DNA from: Promethearchaeota archaeon
Lineage (GTDB): Archaea > Asgardarchaeota > Lokiarchaeia > Sigyniarchaeales > SOKP01
Assembly (NCBI GenBank): GCA_019058245.1
Contig: JAHPZJ010000020.1
Span: 1-64,000, forward strand
Length of the DNA: 64,000 bases
Direction: 5' to 3'
The translations under genes and the position numbers were made by a program. Of this stretch, positions 60,014-64,000 are shown one piece after another. Each line of letters starts with the position of its first letter. Position 1 is the first letter of the stretch. The notes under the pieces were generated by a model. The model did no database searches. It was not told the origin of the DNA and saw nothing but the letters and a program-made list of their open reading frames with translations.

Positions 60014-60616
60014 TTATTCAGCACTTTCTTCCCTATTCAATATTTGGAATTTTTTCACGCTATAATAGATCGGTTTACTTAATCTATCAACCGTTGCAAC
60101 TATTAAATCTTTACGTGAACCCATAGCAACTCTTGACACCTTATCTAAATCTCTTAATTCAATAGGATCCCCTTCAAATACAGGGAATATTAAAAATTTC
60201 GCTGAGTCTTTTTCAAAATCAGCCCCTCTTTTATATACTCGGAAATCTATACCATCTCCATAACCTGTCCGAACAATATATCCTCTTTTTCTTAAATCCA
60301 TATAGATTATATATTTCTGCCATAACCTTTCATCGAATTTAGTAAAATATGTTAAAAGACTCTCAAAATCATATAATTTCTTATTTGAGTCATTATCTTC
60401 CCATAATAATATTCGATTCCTTTCACATAATAATAAAACTTCAACGGGATCAATGATTAAAACTTCATGATCATCATTCTTTTTTACTTTCGTACCAATA
60501 TAAGATGTTGAATAAAATTCCTCAAAACCTTTTTTATCTGTAATAACTACTTTATCCTTTTCGATTATTCCTTCTACTTGAATTTTCTCGACTTTTTCAG
60601 TTGAATCTTCTGTCAT
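60014..60616 (-). CDS. endA: tRNA-intron endonuclease family subunit
   Basis: YMDLRKRGYIVRTG..G.DFRVY, R.A..SRK.L.VA, YY. Confidence 0.85.
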   Translation of the reverse strand: MTEDSTEKVEKIQVEGIIEKDKVVITDKKGFEEFYSTSYIGTKVKKNDDHEVLIIDPVEVLLLCERNRILLWEDNDSNKKLYDFESLLTYFTKFDERLWQKYIIYMDLRKRGYIVRTGYGDGIDFRVYKRGADFEKDSAKFLIFPVFEGDPIELRDLDKVSRVAMGSRKDLIVATVDRLSKPIYYSVKKFQILNREESAE

Positions 60617-60753
60617 ATAACATTAAATATGAATTTATAATAATTAAAGAATTTATCCTTCAACTTTTCTCTCTTTTAAAATTGAAAGTATTAAAAAAAA
60701 TCAAAATTAAATGACTGATTTGATAAACTATTTTATAGTAATTACTTACAAGT

Positions 60754-62991
60754 CTAATCTTTAATAAGCGGAAGTGAGAAATAAAATGTACTTCCTTTAT
60801 CTTTACCCTCAGATTCCATCCATATTTCTCCACCATGGGATTCTACTATTTTTTTTGAAATATATAGCCCTAGACCAGTACCATCAATTCCTAAATCAAA
60901 TCCTTGCCCATACCGTTCAATTTTACCAAATTGTTTAAAAATTCTATCTTTTTCATCTTTTGTAAAACCTATTCCATTATCCTTTATAGATATAATCACA
61001 AATTCCTCTGTTAAATCCGTTTTTATATCAATCCAGCCGCGTGGAGGCGTATATTTTATAGCATTTGACAATAGATTTGAGAGAACCTCATGAATTTCTT
61101 CCTTTTCAAATCGAGTTATTATGGATTCATGAATTTCTAAATTAATTGAATGTTCACGTTTAACTGCCAAAGGATGCAATTCATTTGCGCAGTAATTAAT
61201 CAAAAACGATAAATTTTCTTTTTCAAGTCTAGGTTTTAAATCAGGGGATTCTAATCTAGAAGTGTATAGAAGATCATTGATTATTTTTTGTAATCTTGCA
61301 CATCCTTTATCAATTTCCTCTAAATTAGAAATTATCTCAGGCTTTAACTCTTCTGAATGCATAGTTAAAATAAGATCAGTAAAACCTTTGATCGAAACGA
61401 GTGGCGTTTTTAATTCATGAGACGCTCTACTTAAAAATTCAGATTTAATTCTGTTTATTTCTTTTAATTTTTTTTCCAACTTTTTACTTTCAGTTATATC
61501 TCTTACAATTGCCCATATTCTATATGGATCGCCCTGCTCATCAAGTAAAATCCAGAATCTGATACTAACTGGTAAGATATCACCATTCTTAAGTATAAAT
61601 TCTTTTTCATAAACTTTGCTTTCACCTTCAGAAAAATGAGTAAATAACATATTATCTTCATGTTCATACCATTTTGGAGGAGTAATCTGACGATTATGAA
61701 GATCTAAAACCTCTTCTCTTGAGTATCCGATCATTTTAAGAAATGCTTCATTAACCTCAATAAAACGACCTTCCATATCTGTAGAATAAATTCCATCTGT
61801 ACTTGATTCAAATAAAGTTCTATATTTGTTTTCTGATTCTTTCAGTTTCTGTTCTGCAATCTTTTTACTTGTAATATCATTAATATAGGCAAAAGAACCT
61901 TTATAATTTTGATTTTCGTCTAAAATAGGAGACGCTTTTATTTCAGTATAGATGATATCCCCATTCTTTTTTAAAAATTGGAAATCATAAGTTTCTTTAA
62001 TACCATTTTCTCGTTTTGATCGGTTTCCTTCTATCAATGGTTCCATTGACTCAGGAATGAAAGAAGGAAGATTTTTACCAATCATCTCATCTTTAGTATA
62101 ACCCAGCATTTCACATATTCTTTGATTTACAAATATGGTAATCTCATTTTCATCTAAAGCCCAAACACCCTCTTGTGCATCTTCAATTAAACTTCTATAT
62201 TTCTCTTCTGATTTTCTTAATTTTTGCTCAGTTTCTTTACGTTTAGTAATATCTCTTGAAATTAAGATTGCCCCTCGTGATTCATTTTTATCCAATAAGA
62301 ATTTTCCTTTAAGCTCAATCCATAAATAATGTCCATTCTTGTGTCTCACTCTAAATTCTTCTGACAACTCTCCCTTTAATAATCCTTTTTTCGTGGATGT
62401 AGAAACCTTCTTAAGATCATCTGGATGAGTAAAATCTCTTGGTTTTTTTCCAAGAATTTCCTCCTTTCTGTATCCTAATAAAGAATAATAAGCTTTTTCA
62501 TTGACATAAATATGTTTAAAATCTTGGTCTAATATAGAAATTAGATCATTACTGTTATTCGCAATTAAATTGAATTTTTTTTCAGTTTCTCTTAAATTTT
62601 GTTCTAATTTGTGTTTTTCTGTAACATCAGTAACGGTTCCCTCTATAAGGATCCTATCATTATCTTCTTCTTTAATTAGATGAGAATTAATTTGAATATA
62701 AATTGGTTCACCCTTTGGAGTTCTTATTTTCGCAACAAAATCTTTAACATATCCATTTTTTGATAATTCATCATGGTAGCATTTTTGGACTTCAGGATCA
62801 GAAAAAAATTGTGATGAATGAGATCCTGTCAGATCTATTAGAGGATCTATCCCTAAAATCTTATTAATTGCTGTATTATGAATCAGTAACTTCCCCTTAA
62901 ACAATCCTTTAAAATAACCAATATCTAAATTATTTATTATTTCTTGAAATTTATCTTTAGAAATTACCTCTTCTTCATTATTTATATACAA
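60754..62991 (-). CDS. Cytoplasmic multi-PAS (4x) sensor histidine kinase
   Basis: PAS/PAC repeats ending D(V/I)T; ASHELKTPL, NLLSNAIKY, DNGIG, GTGLG. Confidence 0.93.
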   Translation of the reverse strand: MYINNEEEVISKDKFQEIINNLDIGYFKGLFKGKLLIHNTAINKILGIDPLIDLTGSHSSQFFSDPEVQKCYHDELSKNGYVKDFVAKIRTPKGEPIYIQINSHLIKEEDNDRILIEGTVTDVTEKHKLEQNLRETEKKFNLIANNSNDLISILDQDFKHIYVNEKAYYSLLGYRKEEILGKKPRDFTHPDDLKKVSTSTKKGLLKGELSEEFRVRHKNGHYLWIELKGKFLLDKNESRGAILISRDITKRKETEQKLRKSEEKYRSLIEDAQEGVWALDENEITIFVNQRICEMLGYTKDEMIGKNLPSFIPESMEPLIEGNRSKRENGIKETYDFQFLKKNGDIIYTEIKASPILDENQNYKGSFAYINDITSKKIAEQKLKESENKYRTLFESSTDGIYSTDMEGRFIEVNEAFLKMIGYSREEVLDLHNRQITPPKWYEHEDNMLFTHFSEGESKVYEKEFILKNGDILPVSIRFWILLDEQGDPYRIWAIVRDITESKKLEKKLKEINRIKSEFLSRASHELKTPLVSIKGFTDLILTMHSEELKPEIISNLEEIDKGCARLQKIINDLLYTSRLESPDLKPRLEKENLSFLINYCANELHPLAVKREHSINLEIHESIITRFEKEEIHEVLSNLLSNAIKYTPPRGWIDIKTDLTEEFVIISIKDNGIGFTKDEKDRIFKQFGKIERYGQGFDLGIDGTGLGLYISKKIVESHGGEIWMESEGKDKGSTFYFSLPLIKD

Positions 62992-63137
62992 ATGTCCTCC
63001 TCATCCTTAATGTAAGATATCCTTTTATCAATTGGAATTTATTACTTTTCAATTAATAATAGAGTATTATATTTTAAAGTTTTTCAATTTACCAAATTTT
63101 ACAATGAGATTATAAAATACCAAATATTTATGTTGTT

Positions 63138-63707
63138 ATGAAAGAGATGCTTGAGAGACTTTTAATTAAATTAAATGGTGCTACGAAGGTTGTCTTTATG
63201 GGGATTGGTGAAGAAAAGCTTAGAGATGACGCAGTAGGCATACACATAATAAGTGAGCTCTTACCATATTCTAATGAAAAATGTTTATTTATTAATGCTG
63301 GAATTGATCCGATGAGCAGAATTGAAGATGTCATAGATTTTCAAGTATCACATCTTGTTCTTATAGATACATGCACTTTAAATCAACCCCCTGGATCAGT
63401 TGCTATAATCGAACGAGAAAATATTCAAGAATTGGTGCCAATATCTTCCCATACAATACCTATTCATATTGTTATCGACTTATTGCTTGAAAAATTTCCT
63501 GATCTAAAAGTTTTTATGATAGGAATTGTACCAGAAAGTCTTGAAGGATTTACAGAATTAAGTCTCTATAAAGAACATGAATATTCCCTTGAGGAGAGAA
63601 GTGAAAATGAAGATCTTCCTTTTTTTAAATTAAATCTTACACCAACTATTCAAAAAGTAGCTGATCAACTCATAATTCTCATTAAAAAGATTATCAAGAA
63701 AATATAG
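63138..63707 (+). CDS. Hydrogenase maturation protease (HycI-like)
   Basis: GIGEEKLRDDAVG, LID, SSHTIP. Confidence 0.85.
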   Translation: MKEMLERLLIKLNGATKVVFMGIGEEKLRDDAVGIHIISELLPYSNEKCLFINAGIDPMSRIEDVIDFQVSHLVLIDTCTLNQPPGSVAIIERENIQELVPISSHTIPIHIVIDLLLEKFPDLKVFMIGIVPESLEGFTELSLYKEHEYSLEERSENEDLPFFKLNLTPTIQKVADQLIILIKKIIKKI

Positions 63708-63711
63708 TAAA

Positions 63712-63912
63712 TTATTCTTTGTTCTCTGAGATATTTGTAATAAAATCAATTATTAATTCAATAGTTCTTTTGATATTTTCTTGGTCTTTAGGTTTTAAAT
63801 CGATTTTAAGGTTTTCTAAAAATGCAATGACTTTCTCTGCTTCTTTAAGCTTTCTTAAATAATCAGATCCTTCCTTATTCAAGGAACCCCCCCATGCCAT
63901 TAACATCACCAT
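63712..63912 (-). CDS. Small hypothetical protein
   Basis: 66-aa helical ORF; the true start may be the MAWGG methionine. Confidence 0.55.
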   Translation of the reverse strand: MVMLMAWGGSLNKEGSDYLRKLKEAEKVIAFLENLKIDLKPKDQENIKRTIELIIDFITNISENKE

Positions 63913-64000
63913 TATTATTTATAAATAATTATGATAATGCATACGTATAATTCTATTTAAAACTCATAGTTATCTCTAACATTGAAAATAAAAATACTCA

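Noticed and set aside
2775-63334. Short overlapping ORFs in the track (e.g. 2775..3068, 16122..16331, 18569..18964, 27582..27941, 46350..46865, 48174..48593)
   Set aside because: Antisense or alternate-frame shadows of well-supported genes.
1-64000. CRISPR arrays, tRNA/rRNA genes, IS elements, provirus
   Set aside because: No periodic repeats, GC-rich structural RNA, transposase, integrase or capsid genes seen by eye. tRNAscan-SE and Infernal were not run.

Overview
AT-rich, gene-dense archaeal chromosome segment, most likely from an Asgard archaeon (Lokiarchaeia-like). This is inferred from gene content, not from a marker gene: a divergent actin, two Rab/Ras-like small GTPases, a longin-like protein, an Rpn11/CSN5-type JAMM protein, PCI/UFL1-like winged-helix proteins, archaeal EndA, PINA ATPase, a DUF5814 helicase and ComDE. 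The rest is ordinary metabolism and transport (guaB, purH, folD, thrC-HTH, ZIP/DtxR, ABC, ECF, APC, PfkB, CoA-transferase, two FabK/NMO paralogs, PAS kinase, HycI). I saw no rRNA, tRNA, CRISPR array or transposase. The leading candidates for new biology are: (1) a small GTPase ending in a basic patch plus CaaX box (KKRHVSCVVV), tail-to-tail with an atypical polyprenyl diphosphate synthase; (2) an actin with a ~130-aa four-CxxC zinc-ribbon insertion and altered hydrolysis residues; (3) a JAMM isopeptidase fused to SNAP/TPR-like helices, next to a tandem CCHC-finger protein and a PCI-like protein; (4) a HEAT plus multi-winged-helix UFL1-like protein; (5) an intact SIR2-type NADase-TPR near a SIRT6/7-like sirtuin. 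Several features are missing from the ORF track: three genes that appear to start at ATA/ATT, several internally deleted gene scars, a 53-aa ORF and candidate operator palindromes. All family calls come from motif recognition by eye; no database searches were run.
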